From Eimeria praecox (lineage: Eukaryota): a DNA stretch of 64,000 nt. The stretch covers positions 1,364,001-1,428,000 of the forward strand of contig OY986947.1 in NCBI GenBank assembly GCA_963920595.1. Reading direction: 5' to 3'. The stretch's first letter is position 1; each line of letters begins with the position of its first letter. The notes beneath the pieces are model-generated. The model was not told where the DNA came from, did not search any database, and worked only from the letters and a program-made list of their open reading frames with translations. Both the position numbers and the translations under genes were made by a program. Positions 23,407 through 36,924 of the stretch are shown in pieces.

Positions 23407-26400
23407 ATGGCGGATTCTACGCCGGAACAGCAGTTTTCGTTGCTCAGTCAGCAGCTTCTGCTGCTGAACGAGCTTCCTCAGCATGATGATGCTCATAAGT
23501 CACTGGAAGTGGAACCTACGAAACCTCATAACCCTCGCGAGAAGACGCATATCTCCTCAGCCGCCCTCAGTTGCAGCGCTGGTGATGAAGTTTCATTAGG
23601 GCAAACCACTTTGAAGAGCGCAGGGGAAGCCGTTAACCTAGACTCCATGGAAACCCAGGCCCATCCAGCGGTAAAGCCGGAATTACAGGATGCGACTGTC
23701 AAGTCTCAGAGGCTTCAGCAGATGCAGATGGCACTTATAGAGCACCAGAGTCAGCTGCTGCGTCAAAGGGAGCATTTGCAACAGCAGCAGCGGCTGCTGC
23801 TTCAAAGGTCACAAGAACGCAACGTTGCGCCGAACAGTCTCGCTCAGCTGTTTGCCGATCTGCATGAAGCCCGCCAGCAGCAATATTTACTGGCACAGCA
23901 ACGTACGGACCCCACGACCCCGGTCCATATCCCTGATGGACGAGTCCTGAGAGCAGGGAGGCGCCACCACTGCAGTACACTGCCAAGCAACGGGGCTGGA
24001 CTGCCGCAGTCCATGCCCCCGTGTGCGGCTGATGCTGCGGCAGACTTGACAGCGAAGCATGACGGAAAGCCCACAGGAGAGCAAACACAAGAAACTGAAC
24101 CTGAATATGAACCTTGCCACGCAGAGGAGTTCCGAAGCCAGCAGCAGAAGGCCCCCCCCATCCATGGGCAGTTCTCATCAGATAGAAGACGACTGCTCCG
24201 TGATGCAGGGCTGCTCGATGCCCGTGCAGTGTTGAGCTGCACGGTTAGCGCCCTCCAGTTCTGCAGGAGGAATACGGGCGGTGCATGTCCACAAGGAACG
24301 GTAGACAGCAACAGCGAGAGAAATAGTGGCGGCGCTATGCAGAGTTCTAGCGACAGCGGGAGCCTGGGCGGATGCCCAACATTTTCGCGAGCGAGCGGAC
24401 AGTCTGCATCAACCACCACATCGTGGGGAGGATGTACCACTTCGCCCGGGACAACTGGGGGCAAAGTGATACAGGTACACGGAGAGCCTCTCCCTCTTAC
24501 TGTTCTGTGTGCTGGCATCTCCCCAGAGAAGCTGTGGCTGCACTGCCTGAGGGTAACCCTCCACGCCAGGCGATGCGCCATACGGACACGCAGCTACTGG
24601 AAAGCCTTGGTGCACCTCTTCCCTCGCCGCAGCGCGTACTCAACCATGGCAGTTTTGTCCGAGGAGGATTTGAACAAATACAGCAGTATCGGCCCCCGAG
24701 GTGCCTCATCGCTGGACGCAGCGGCGGCTCTAGGGTCGTGGGCTGCCCCGACGGAGCCTTTTTGTGAGCCAGGTCTTTACTGTCTCATCGATGAAAGTGG
24801 CCCAATCCTGGCAGCTTGGGCTGTTGCTCGAGACAGCAATGGACGGTTGCGGCGTTGCTCAGCAATGGTTGGTTCAGGTGAGGTTGAAGACAAGGCTATC
24901 AAGAAGAAACGCTGCAAGTATCAAGAAAACGATTGTAAATCTTGCACGACTGACACTCCTTGGGGGGCGTTTTTGAGGGGGAAGGAATGTGTTGAGGCCG
25001 AAGGCCTTCAGGCCCTGGAGAAGTGGTATGTAGACGTAGCAAACGAGCCCCTGACAGAGCAACAGATCCGAAGCCTCACGTTAGGTAAGTGGAATGGCAC
25101 AGCGAAATGCCGTGATGAACTTACTACCGCCTCTGTGTCATACCATATGAGACGAAGGTTGGCTGCCAGTAGAGACTATCCTTGTTTTAGCAAAGGTCTG
25201 GGTTGATGCAGGCTAGAAGGTCCTCCTTCTTGCTTTATATGAAGCTCGTTAGGTGGCTATCTACATTTATGGGGAGAGAGATGGGAAATGAGCTGTGACT
25301 CAATACAATGTGTTGCTTGGAGCCTTTTGCGACGACTTGGAGGTAGTTCCCTACACCAGTAGGTTGATGCGTGCGTCATTGACCTCCCGTGTTCATTTGT
25401 GCAGCGGAGTATGTATCGGTATTTGGAGAGTATGCGGAGTGCCTGGTGAACGCCCTTCAGAAGCTCATCGAGACTCGACGTGCACCATCGTACGCAAGCA
25501 AGGGCGCAGAAGGCTGTGGGTGTTCCTGTAGCATTTGCGTGGGTCAGCCATGCCGCGTACGACTGGCTTGGCGGCAGCATTTAATGGCTTTCGAACTCGC
25601 TATAGATAAAACAGCAGCGGCACGTTCTCGTTCAGGTGAGTAAACAAACTGAGTAGCTCGGGTGCACACGGAGGTTCATGTGCCTTGCATTTGCTGTTAA
25701 TGCATATGGAATCTTTAGGAGAAGTCTGCATTTTTGCGTGCACAGATTCGTCTGGAGAGGAATCAGTGGGAGCTGGTGGCCATGGGATAGGACGTAGCCG
25801 TACTGTTGCAGCTTTGCGGAGTCACAAAGGTCACTGGGAGTGGTGTCGCAAGTGCGCATTGGGGTGCCGCATGCAGCTGCATTTGATTCTTCATGAACTG
25901 TACCAGCCTCTGTCCTTGACAAGACCAGGTCTGCGCAGCGCGCTTGCACAGCTGCTGACAAGGCTTCGGCGCTACGTGACGCTGTCTCCTCTAGGCGTAG
26001 AGTTCCTGATGCAGCGCCTCAAAGAGATGAGCTCTATTCCAGCTTTTGGAGCTGGATTTCAAGATGTTTTTAGCCAAGCTCGTGAAGGGGATGACGATGA
26101 TCTCACCGGTTCCTGTTGCAGTTGGGCAACACGGGATTGGGCCCAAGCCTGCTGGCACCGCAGGCAACAGCGTTGCCAAACAGACGTTCCCAGCTTTGTG
26201 ATAGGTAGCAACAATCTCGACAGCAGCATTGGGAGGCTCTCCATGCTCTCAGCAACGCTATGGGAGGCACCTGCATCTACTACGGAAGCGACAACGGAAC
26301 CCGGCCGCTCGGCTGAGGGCGGCGAAACGGAAAGAAAACGAGCATCAAAAGCCGACATTTCAGCCGAAGAACTGCAGGCACTTGCTGACGGAATGGCCAG

Positions 26401-29400
26401 ACAGGATTGCCCGACCGTCTTGGGTGGCCCTGGTATTCATACACTACAAGTACCAGGACTGTCCGACATCGTGGCGAACCCCGATGATGAAGAGGAGGGA
26501 GCTCGTAGTCCTCAGTACAGCTCCCCTGTCTCGATTGCGTCTTCGCAAGTGCCTTCTGCTTGCAGTACGCCGCCTCGACAGTCAAGCCGCCCACGCTTAG
26601 GCCGATGTTTTGCCCTTCCGCGAAGTGCCCATACTCAGCAAGTTCCGGGGGCTGATGGAGTGTTTAGCTATGTGCCATCTGGACCACCAGAAGAATGCGG
26701 CCTCCATGCACACGGTGACGGTATTGGGAGAGTTGGCAGAAGCGGAGCAACAGAGAGTGAGGCGTTGTGGTGATTGCCCATTGAATTGTATGCTGTGGAA
26801 CGAAGCGACTGGTGCACGCGCACTGCAGGGTGTATCATGGGAATTGTAGACTAATCCTACCAATTTTCTGGGCGCGCAGGAGATGACTTAGGAAGGCCTG
26901 CGCACGGAGGAGATGGGTTTGGGGGAGATGGCGTGGATGCTTCTCCTCGGAGGCTTCGTCGCATGCAGCGGGCGCGTTTGACGTCAGAGGACCAGCAGGC
27001 GACATCAGGACACCGACGAGTGACGCCTCTGGTGCCCTGGTGGTGGGAAGATTATGTGAGGACGGGGATTGGACAGGACGAACCAGGTTCAGACCCAAGA
27101 GGTAGAGGGGGAAAGGATGCCGCGTCTGACAGCTCCTCATCTGTGAACTCAACCATCTCACTCGCAGCATCACCTCACGTTTTCCGTATACCCTGCGGAA
27201 GTGTGACGAGTGCACCTTACTTAACCGCTGATATCTTCCCTTGGCAGACCCGTGACACTGGAGCAGAGGCGATGCTGGCGCGCTTTTCTGAGGCGGTTGA
27301 CAGCCAAAGCCGTTCAGGATTGCATAGAGGAATAAACAAGGCGACCAATGCAGCTGGAGGCGATGGCGTAGACCTGTCGGTGGAGCTTATTCATGCGGCT
27401 GCCGAGCTGGTCGACAGCATAGAAAGCTGGCCGGCGGAATTTGAGCCGCAGCGAATAGGAGTTTCTACGAAGGCTCATCAAAGCCGGGGCCTTGCGCTTG
27501 GCGAGCGAACTGATAATACAATTTCGGAATGCACCCTGCCAGCTTCCGAAACAGCTGCCGCGTCCGCACCTAGCGCTGCCGGAAGAAAGGCGAAGCCTTC
27601 GAAGGGCAGTGAAGGAGCCTCTTCTGCCGTGGTGCAGTCCAGCAACACTGGTAGCATGCTGACATTTGTTTCAGCTGTTTTAACAGTTCCAACTGGCAAT
27701 GAGATAGATTGTATTAATGGATTCGAGTTATTGCAAGGCACCCTGCGAGCTCTGTTTGGCTCGGCCAGTCCATTTGAAGGATCACAGTTGAAGGCTGTGA
27801 ATCCCGGGACAAACGAAACGACTGTGGAGAGTACGTATCACAATTTGCACACAACGGTGTTGTTAGGGGGCAAAATGCATCTAGGGGCAAGAGCTTGTTA
27901 TATCGAACAGCTGCCTAGCTCCGCTCCTTGCAAATGTGCAACAGTGCTGTGCTAGCGTGGATTGTCTGCAGGGACTACAGCTGCTCAGCAAGGCGTCGGC
28001 GTGCCGTTGAATCATGCGGTGTCAGTAATGCAGATGGCAACTCGAGATGCCGACGCAGCAGAGGAGGGTCGAAGGTGTGTTGCGGAGGCCCGATCCGAGG
28101 CTGCTCAGCGCAGCGACAACGCCCCCCCTGCATTGGACCTGAGCGTTACCACTCCGCTTCTGCGCTCCCTTGCAGCCTCATCGGCTCCCCCTGTGGAAAA
28201 TGCGCAGGACCAGTTGCTTGTGGACGACTTCTATGCACTTCCTTTGCTTAGAGGAGCCTTGCGTTATCGGGATGCTTATGATCCATTCGAGAGGGACTAC
28301 ACAGACGCCCAGATAAGATGTATGTCATTTCTAAGTCTCATCGGTACTGTCCGAGTGCTGCTGTGAGCACCCTGACATCAATACATCGTGGTGGAGTTGA
28401 AGGTTTTCCGGGCTCTACGATGCTGCAGAATTGTCCCTCTATATATGTTGTCGTCTTGCGCTGCAGTGAAGCCTATGAGAGCTTTTGGGCGAAGGCAAGA
28501 CCGCCACAATCGACACAGGAGACGCTCGTGGAGGCTCTCTTCACAGAGTGCAGGCAGCTCGCCCCGCGGGAACTCTCCTGTCCCTTCTCGCCCGCAAGGG
28601 ACGACTGGACTTGGTTTGAGGAAGCCCATTCAGGGTAGCGCAAGGTGGGTTATCTAAGCTGACAGTGGTGCAGAAACAAACAGTATAAGACGAATCAGAG
28701 GAATCAGCACAGAAGCGCCTACGACATAACGGTACATGGGCCAGTCGTGTGGGGTGAGCGGCTTTTGCAGGGGAAGGGGTTTTGGGGCTTTGGCAGAACG
28801 GACAGGAACAGTGCGCATTGGAGGCAGACGCGTGGTGGTTAGGACTGTTGATGACGGGGCTAGTTGGGCATCTCGGGAGCCAAGCGCTGGCGGCTTGTCA
28901 GATTTCTCTCTTTCTCGGTGCAGCATGTCTGTGGATTCAAGTATCTCCAGCCGAGGCGTGAGCGTGTGCAGCAGAGCGACAAGCAATGCAGGCTCTGTGT
29001 CAGATGCATCTGTCCAAGGCGGTGGCACTCCACAGAGCCCGGGTGCGCACGAAGGTGCACCCCGCCACAAACGGGGGAGAAGTCGGCCTCCACCAGGAGG
29101 GAGGGGGAGCGGTGGGGGTGGTAATTCGTCCACGCCCACGGGGGTTTATCTGGATGTTGCACGGAAGCTTTGGCGATGCCAGTGGAGGGAAAATGGTCGC
29201 TTCAAGACGAAAAGTTTTCCTTTGAATCAATACAAGACGTTGAAAGAGGCACGGAGAGCGTGCGTCGTGTTTCGATGCCTAATGGGGGGTTGGGAAGTAC
29301 AGCCTGCTTGGCTTGGCGATGATGAGGGGGGCGACATTGATATGGACCAACCTGAAGGCTTTTCAGAGCCTTCTGGAAATAATGGAGGGACAGAAGAAGC

Positions 29401-29425
29401 GAAATCCACAGCTGCCGCTCCTTGA
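23407..29425 (+). CDS. ApiAP2 transcription factor, ~7 exons, roughly 1,700 aa, single C-terminal AP2 domain
   Basis: Phase-compatible GT-AG joins link exons 23407-25084, 25405-25635, 25746-26756, 26880-27830, 27972-~28320, ~28470-28634 and 28770-29425; the ~28320/28470 junction is ambiguous. AP2 domain TGVYLDVARKLWRCQWRENGRFKTKSFPLNQYKTLKEARRACVVFR at ~29138-29275. Confidence 0.85.
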
Positions 29426-30114
29426 TAGGAGCCGCTGCTAAACAGAGGCTTAGCTGCGATTTAAGGGGCTGTATATTCCCTGTGGGGGCTTTCTGCTATT
29501 CTCGGATCTCTCCGGTGGCTAATCCTCGTGCCAAATTCAACGCATGAGATGGGCCTTCGGACTTCTTAGCGTTAAAAACAACTGAGTATGTGCGGTGAGG
29601 TCTTCTGTAGCGTATAGTGTAAATTCTAAATGATGGATGCATGCATTCGCGATAAGCATAGGCAGGCTCTAGATTTTATCCCTAGAGTGTAGGGAGAAAA
29701 TAGTCACATCGAAAGTACGTAGGCCAGAGTGCTCATTAGAGAAGAGTGGGCTGGCCCTTTGTTACCGCTTTCGGAGTATGGAGCTGTTAGCTCTGTCCCT
29801 ATGAATACCCCCAGTGAGTGACACAGGCTGTGGGGATAGGGGAACATTTTTTTTCATGCCGAACAAACGAACCAGGAAGCAATCTCGCAAGCTACAGCAT
29901 CAGCATTTCGATGCAGATAAATGTTGCAATCCGCTGCATGGAGGGAGCAGGCTGACCCCAAATCAACGAAGAAAAGCGGCAATCAACCGCAAGTACGAAG
30001 CAGCTAATCGCAAGTAACGACGCATTTAACAGTGAAGAGCCTCTCCCAAGTCAAAAGCAGGGGACGACACAAACAGCTTAGTAAATAAGGAGATTTGACG
30101 GAAAAATTGCATTG

Positions 30115-31461
30115 CTAGAATACGCGAGACTGGCGGAATATGGGGTTTCTTGTGGGTCTGCTAACGTCAATAATAGTGGCGGTGTTCGAACCCTCAAGCT
30201 CCCAATCTACCCCAGTGTCTGTCGGTTCCGAGACGTCGCAGTTCAGGAGGTCTCGAAGTGCATCCGGTTCCTGTTCAGCTAGCCCAAGGGAGTCAGCCAG
30301 GGGTTCAGGATCTTCATAACTTGAGGAAGCCATGGAAACAAGACGACTGCTTACTGAAGAGTCAGCCCCACCCTCGAGATAAACCGTCCCAGCGGCGGCT
30401 GGCAACAAATCAGGCAGCATTTCTGGGTTTTTGCAAGGATTGCTCGGTGAGGACCAACACTCTTCTTGGCTGTGCGCTGTCGGCAATGCTTTATGGGCTG
30501 TATCTGCTTCGGCTTTGAGCCCTCCCATAGACACAGCATACGCCTGAGCGAAGACATCTGCATAGGCAGAGATCCCGGATTCTGGAGACTTTTGAGTTTC
30601 TCCGCTATTCCCTTCGAAGGGAGGAAGGGTGAGGGTTAGGTCTTCTTGCCCTCCGGAGCCCACCAACTGTGGTGGTGGAGCAGCACGTCTGTCTGTCGGA
30701 TTTTGGGTAACAGCGTTCCGCCTGGCTGTTGTCCTTAAACGAGCGGCCCTCTGACGGCGAGTTGCCACTCCTACAGACGGCTTCCGGTGAACAGGGTAGT
30801 CCTCGTCTTCTTGTGAAAGATGCAGTGGCGGCGGCTGGAGGGTTGCCACAGCTCCTGATGGTGCATTTGGCCTGCTGCGTTGGTTTCGGCCGCTTGCATC
30901 TACTTGCGGTGGTAAAGCCCGCAGACCGGTGGCCAAAGACGCTGCAATGCGCTCTTCCAGAGTGGCTGAGCATGACTCTAAGACCTGCTCTGCATATACA
31001 TTGAGATGGATCTCGCCAGTGACAGGATCTAGTTCACCCCCTTGTAGCAGAGCTGCAGCATATTCCGGAATGGATTTGACAAAGATTTTCAATCTTTCAA
31101 TGAGGTGAAATGCTTCGTCGGCGAAGAGCGGCCACCCTTGTATACGGTTGCGCTCTTCCAAAGCCATGAGCCGGGCGCCAAAAAATCCGAATCTGCTGAC
31201 TGGGAAGTGTTTCTGCACCTGTTTGTTCTGTTCATTTTTCCAGTAGGAAATCCACCGGATCTGATTGTGATCAAAAGTCAGTCCTTGCACTCGGGGAGCG
31301 TATCGCGCTAGATTTCGGTACACCTTGCGTTCACGCAGAGGCAGGCCTCTGCCTGTTCGTGTTGGTTTTGGCCGGGCTTCCTGCTCAGCAGAAACATCGG
31401 CTAGGTGATCTGCGAGAGCAGAGGCTTCGGTTGTTTCAGCATTTCCTCCAAACCTTAACAT
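30115..31461 (-). CDS. ApiAP2 transcription factor (448 aa, single exon, N-terminal AP2 domain)
   Basis: PRVQGLTFDHNQIRWISYWKNEQNKQVQKHFPVSRFGFFGARLMALEERNR is a canonical ApiAP2 domain. Confidence 0.92.
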   Translation of the reverse strand: MLRFGGNAETTEASALADHLADVSAEQEARPKPTRTGRGLPLRERKVYRNLARYAPRVQGLTFDHNQIRWISYWKNEQNKQVQKHFPVSRFGFFGARLMALEERNRIQGWPLFADEAFHLIERLKIFVKSIPEYAAALLQGGELDPVTGEIHLNVYAEQVLESCSATLEERIAASLATGLRALPPQVDASGRNQRSRPNAPSGAVATLQPPPLHLSQEDEDYPVHRKPSVGVATRRQRAARLRTTARRNAVTQNPTDRRAAPPPQLVGSGGQEDLTLTLPPFEGNSGETQKSPESGISAYADVFAQAYAVSMGGLKAEADTAHKALPTAHSQEECWSSPSNPCKNPEMLPDLLPAAAGTVYLEGGADSSVSSRLVSMASSSYEDPEPLADSLGLAEQEPDALRDLLNCDVSEPTDTGVDWELEGSNTATIIDVSRPTRNPIFRQSRVF

Positions 31462-33061
31462 ATTCAGCAGAAGAAGCGGAACGTTCCTAACGGCGGATTA
31501 AAATTCACTCCCCTGTAGCAGATTACGGCGAGAAAGGGGAGGCCTTGATGCTCAGAAGAAACATGCAGTGAAGAGGCATGCCAGTCCTGAAACGTCTCTG
31601 GTATTCTATCCTATTTAGTTGTTTGGAAGCTGTGGCCGATCGTAGCTCTTAGACACTGCTTTTCCAACTAAACAGGTTAAGACACACCGGAGTGAACAGC
31701 AAAAAAGTCTCGAACACGCAATATCGTGAATGGGCCCTCGCCAACAGCATCTGCTATGTAGGAGTAAACAAGCTTGGAATACTTCTCCAAAAAAAAGCCT
31801 AACGCCGCATGGTATGGCAACTTTAAACTGAACAAGGTGTTGGCGTCACTGTGGAACCACGGCCTCCGCATCTCCCATGAGCAGAACCAATGGTGTTTCG
31901 GCAGAGTCAATAACGGTCCATCTACCCACATACATTGAAACAAATCTGATTGTAAACACACTTAAAATCGCTTGCTTGACCGTTAAGAAGACTACACTGC
32001 AGGACAGCCCTGGTCCGACGGTGGTCAAACTCGCAGAGGCCGGCGGTAACTGCAACAGCCGAAAGGCTCCCATCCGTTGAAACGCCGCGTGGGCTCAGGA
32101 GAGCGATACTACACCAAGTTTTCAACTGAAATCTTGCCCAGACACCCCAAATTATACATCCTAGCTCCATGTTACACCCTAGACAACCTCATGAAGCTTT
32201 CCCGAAAACAGCAAGGCGGGAATCCAACTTGGCACTGCCGACAGACACACTCCAGTCAGGCTTTTGGGGCAGAGCACTGAGCCCACGTTCCTAGCTCTAC
32301 TCATAAATTCATTAATACCATAGACACCAAAAGTATATAGGATAAGAAGAATTAAATCTCGCCCCTTGGAGCGCGAAAATGGCGTGCGGTCCGATGTACG
32401 CCGGTGAGCCGCAGGGGGAAGACAATGCATTGAATGAAGCACCTTTCCGAAAGCTGTTGAGTTTTTCATAAAGCATGCTTCTTGCGATAAACATTCTCCT
32501 TGCCAAAGACAAGGTAATGTTTCCGATTATCTCCGTCGAAATCAGTGGCGAACAGCAGAACCGGTCATCGCAGGTTCCGTTTATTTTTGCCCACGTGGGC
32601 GTACCTGTCTAGGTATATTTGTAACCTATGCTAGCCTGAATAAAGAGCTGTATTCTCTTCCGTGCCACGGAGGAAGGATATAGCGGATAGCGAGACAGGG
32701 GGACCCAGTGATGTAGGCTGCTAGGAACCTGAGCGCGATGGGTGCAGAAAAGCATTTCAGGGGAGGCAGTACTATTAAGAACTTGCGTCAGCCAGGTATT
32801 GGAAGCCTAGGGAATCACTAAATAAACGGAGCTACATCTACTTCGAGACCACAATTAGTCACGCGGCAACACGGTCGCAGACAAACAGAAGACTTCCACG
32901 CGCACAGTTTTGCGGTTTCCACGTAGAAATTCGCTTCTCAAGGCACTACGTTTTTAAAATGGCAGCGAAGTGCCCATATGGGGGGACCCCCTATCAGACC
33001 AGCCGACACGTCTGAGCTAAGAAAGAGGGTGAATAAACTTAGACTTTTCGGAAGCAACACA

Positions 33062-35579
33062 TCACCTCTCGGAAGTTAAACCAGCGAGAGCTCTCGGCAC
33101 GTCTGCAGTGACAATCAACTTTCGGAGACAGCGACCCAGAAATATGAATTCATTCGTGTCCGACAGCAGACAGCCCACTTCCTGCACGTTCATTCCAAAC
33201 AGACACGCAAAACCCACAAATTGCGTGTAGACAGGTTCACCTACAGTCATTCCGGCACTAAAGTGAACTATCAACAAAAAGAGATTGACACAGACAGGCT
33301 CGAGGTCAAGCGACTGCTTGCTCTCCTGGTCAACATGTAAAGAAACGCGGCTTTCGCACGGGCGCTGTGCCACAAGGTTGGGGGCCCTTCTGAACCGCTC
33401 GGATCATTGAAGGCAAAGCCACTTTGGCTGACAGTCACCTCCCTGCCGCGCAGGTTTCCTGTTTAACGAACAAGGACGCTGTCTTAATTCTCCATTGAGA
33501 CAGCATCTGCTCGCTGTAAGCCCAACGCTCACCTGTGCAAATGAGCCCTCAGTGCCAACAACCACATCGTAGCAGATATCCTGCAGAAAAGACAGGCAAT
33601 GACGAACGAGTGTCTTAGGGAACGAATAGAATCCTCAGATACGACGTACAACTAAAATAGCAACTTCGCAGGCTGCACATGGCTCACGTCCTTGTGGAGT
33701 GTAGGCGGTGGCTGCGGCGCCCCCTTCCGATCATTATCTTCAGTTTTGGAGTCCTTCGAGTCCGGCGCTGCTGCTTCTGCTGTTCCTCCCCCTGTTTCTG
33801 CTGCCTCTGCACCTGCCCGTGCATCTCTGCTGCGAGACTTTGCAGTGAGGAGGCGCAGGTGCACTCGGCCACTGCGGCGAATGAGCAGTTGGCCGATTCG
33901 CCCAGACGGAAGGGCGTGCAGGGGTATAGGACTGTTTTTTTGGGGTGTGCTGGCAGAGGTAGCACTGGTAGTGCTGTTGCTGCTGCTGGCTTTCGTTTGC
34001 TGCTCCCCTGACTTTTGCTGGCTCTGCCGCTGGTGTTCAGCCTGCTGCGCCTGCATAGCGGCAATGTCCAGAGGAGGCAGAAGTTCCGGGAAACAGAGAT
34101 GCACAAACTCTCTGTACGGACACACGAAGGCACAGCAAGCAGAAAATGTAGGAAAATGAACAACCGAATTGGCAGCAAGGCTTCAGAAGGACCTGCCATG
34201 AATTACTGCGAGCTGAGTTGCAAATATGAGCAGCTGGAACTGTTTGCCTTTCTCTTTTGGATTCTGCCGTTCTCTGACATCGTTAGGGGACAAGTGCAAA
34301 ACCAACGGCCTCTCATCTTCTCCCCAGTTTCCGTCATGGCCTCCCCCTGAGAGTCGATCCTTAATCAGCACAGCTGCGGGGGTGTCTCCTTGGTTGTCGT
34401 GTCTGACGAACCACTGCGAGCTGTCTATTCCACTTTTGGGTAGCGCTGCTGTCGATTCGTTGCGTCTCAAGTGGTTGGGGGTGGATGCGGCAGTGTCTAT
34501 ACCCTGCATCTCATCCAGCTGCTGCTGCTGCTGGCTATAGCCTGAAAACCCCTCTTCGTCTACCTCCTGCTTGGGCTGCTCATGCTGCGTGCGTCGCTGC
34601 GTTTGCTGCTTGAATGGGATGGTGATGGGGAGGAACAGGTGGCCCTGTGATTCATCAGTAGCCAAGTCGCTCAGGCTAATAGAGCGAGGGCCTTTTTTTT
34701 TCTGCTGCTTTGTATTGGCGTTGGCTTGAAGCAACGCGCTCTGCATTGTAGGCATAGGCACCGGAACCCTCACTTTCCCTGCTCCCGAAAATTTCGGTCT
34801 GTTTAAACGGTCGTACCCCTGCAGCTCACAAATAAGCAAAGAAGAAAACAAGAATTGTGTAAGCGGCCCAACAAAAGCCAGAACTCGACACAGGAGAGCA
34901 GCAGAACTGCCTATTGCATGCATTCGGCCGTATGGAAAATATAAAGGGACGCACGTGGGTGGCCGGCTGATGACTGTGCAGAGAACGCAGCAGCAAGGCG
35001 TCCACGCTGAAGCCTGATGCTCCTGTTGCAGCAGAGGGGGAGGCGGTCGCTCCCGCAGCTGTTTCCTGCTTTATAGCTACATTAGGTGTAAACTTCACAG
35101 TGCTTCGGCTTCCAACGGTGCCGCTGCTGCTGCTGCTGCTGCTGCCGTTGTTCCGTTCAACCGAAGGGAAGGCAACGGGTGGTCGCGCAGACTGCTGCAT
35201 CAGCCTGGGGTCGCGCTGCGGCTGCAGCGAAGGCATGAACGAACCGGGACCCCGAGGGATCCGCAGGGCTGCTGCTGCCATCTGCTGCTGTTCATGCTGC
35301 TGCATAGAAGAGAAGCTGCGAATTCGCACTGAACGCATATCAGATGGGTACAGAGAGACGGCAAATCAAGAATGAGGTGAACAGCCAGCACCCTTCGATA
35401 GTAACAGAACACACTTCAGCGGCAGCTTTCTTACTACCACCTTTTCGAAACACGTGTAAAATGTGCTGGTAGATAAAAGCTGCGGGGATGGTAAGCTGAA
35501 CTATCAAAGCCACGAATGACTTACAAGGCTCCTTCTTGATAGGCTGCAGGTTCTGCCGGTTATCCCCGCTGCCTTCCAT
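33062..35579 (-). CDS. POLR3D: DNA-directed RNA polymerase III subunit RPC4 (POLR3D/RPC53-like), multi-exon
   Basis: C-terminal Rpc4 domain motifs: LPSGRIGQLLIRRSGRVHLRL, DICYDVVVGTEGSFAQ, EVGCLLSDTNEFIFLGRCLRKLIVTAD. N-terminal KFTPN motif. ATG 35579 exon splices in phase 1 to the exon starting at 35328. Confidence 0.85.
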
Positions 35580-36883
35580 GATCTTCTTCGCCTGAAATAA
35601 TAATATATGTGAATTTTGAGGCTACTGAAAGAGCGTTTAAAGGAGGAGATTTAGAAATACGTTTGAAAATATACACTGAAACAGTGCTCGGTCAACTGGC
35701 GAGCCGTCTTTAGACTCCTGGACCTGAGTGCGCTAATGCATCCAAACGTCGCTGCGAATGATTGTTTATCCGATGTTTACCCTTTTGGGTTTAGTTTAGG
35801 GAGATGCTCATTACAGCAAAAGCAATAATTATACTCCCTGTGGGGCAGTTGCATGCAGAGGCGAAGGGTCAAGCCCGGTCGAAATCTACATTAAATATTA
35901 TCTAATCCATTTAAGGCATCTCTAGAGCATACAATACATTGATTTAAGTAAAGCGATTACGAAGTTTCAGGATTTCTCTGCACTGCTAATACTCCATCTT
36001 GTGCTGTCTGGACTACGAGATCATTTGAACAGACACGCTACCGATCAGCAACCCTCGGGAAGCCTCCGTGTCACAACCGACGAGTGTTAATGCGAAAAAA
36101 TTAGGAACGTGTTGTGAAACCCGTTAAAAAACGCTATCCTCTTTTGTTTCCATCCACCCTTTCCATCTGGGGGTGTTATTGCACAAGCAGCAAGACACCG
36201 GCGTGCGTTGCCAGCGCAACGAGGCAGGGGTGTTTCCGGCATTTCATACTGCTTGATCGCTATATATGCCCCATTTGCCTTTCATTCATTTTCATTTAAC
36301 CAAATTGATCTTTCAAAGAAGGCGTTTCTGCCCCTTTTCGCTGGAAAGACACAACTGACGAAATGGTGGCGAGCTGCCTGGCCCGTCTTTTGTCGTAATC
36401 TTTCGGTCCTTGGGTCGTCCTTGGAGAATGCAAGGCCTCAAAAAGCTCACTAAGGAGAAAACTGCTTCTGCAGTTCCTACATCCTCGTCGCGGGAAGTGC
36501 GTACTTTGAGTCTGTGCATACACTGCATGCGAAGTGCAACTCGCTAGTATCCGCCAGAACGACTAGCTGTGCATTTTCCCGTTTTCTGGTTAAAAAATAT
36601 GATGTCCTGATGCTTGTAGAAGGGAGAAAACCTGTTCACGTGGTCTTTTATCCTCCTTACTCAACTGGCTTTGTATTTGGTTTTGCAGCAACTGAACCAT
36701 GCCACGTCTGCGTGTATGCGTGCATGCAGAAGCGACAGCAGGAGTATAGCATTGAATACGAGGCCTACCTCCACTTCGCCTTCTTCGCCGGCCTTTTGCT
36801 GCAGGGGAATGCCCCCACACCAACGAGCGCAGTAGACCTGGTTAAGTGGTGAGTGTTTGTAACTCCTCAGCTGCATCTCCGCT

Positions 36884-36924
36884 TAAACCCTAAACCCTAA
36901 ACGCTAAACCCTAAACCCTAAACC
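36884..36924 (+). repeat. Interstitial telomere-like (AAACCCT)n array, the first in the window
   Basis: TAAACCCTAAACCCTAAACGCTAAACCCTAAACCCTAAACC. Confidence 0.95.

Noticed and set aside
36428..36852. Possible two-exon start MQGLKKLTKE...|KRQQEYSIEYEAYLHF
   Set aside because: The splice sites look plausible, but the downstream acceptors I tried give an immediate stop and the product is unrecognised.
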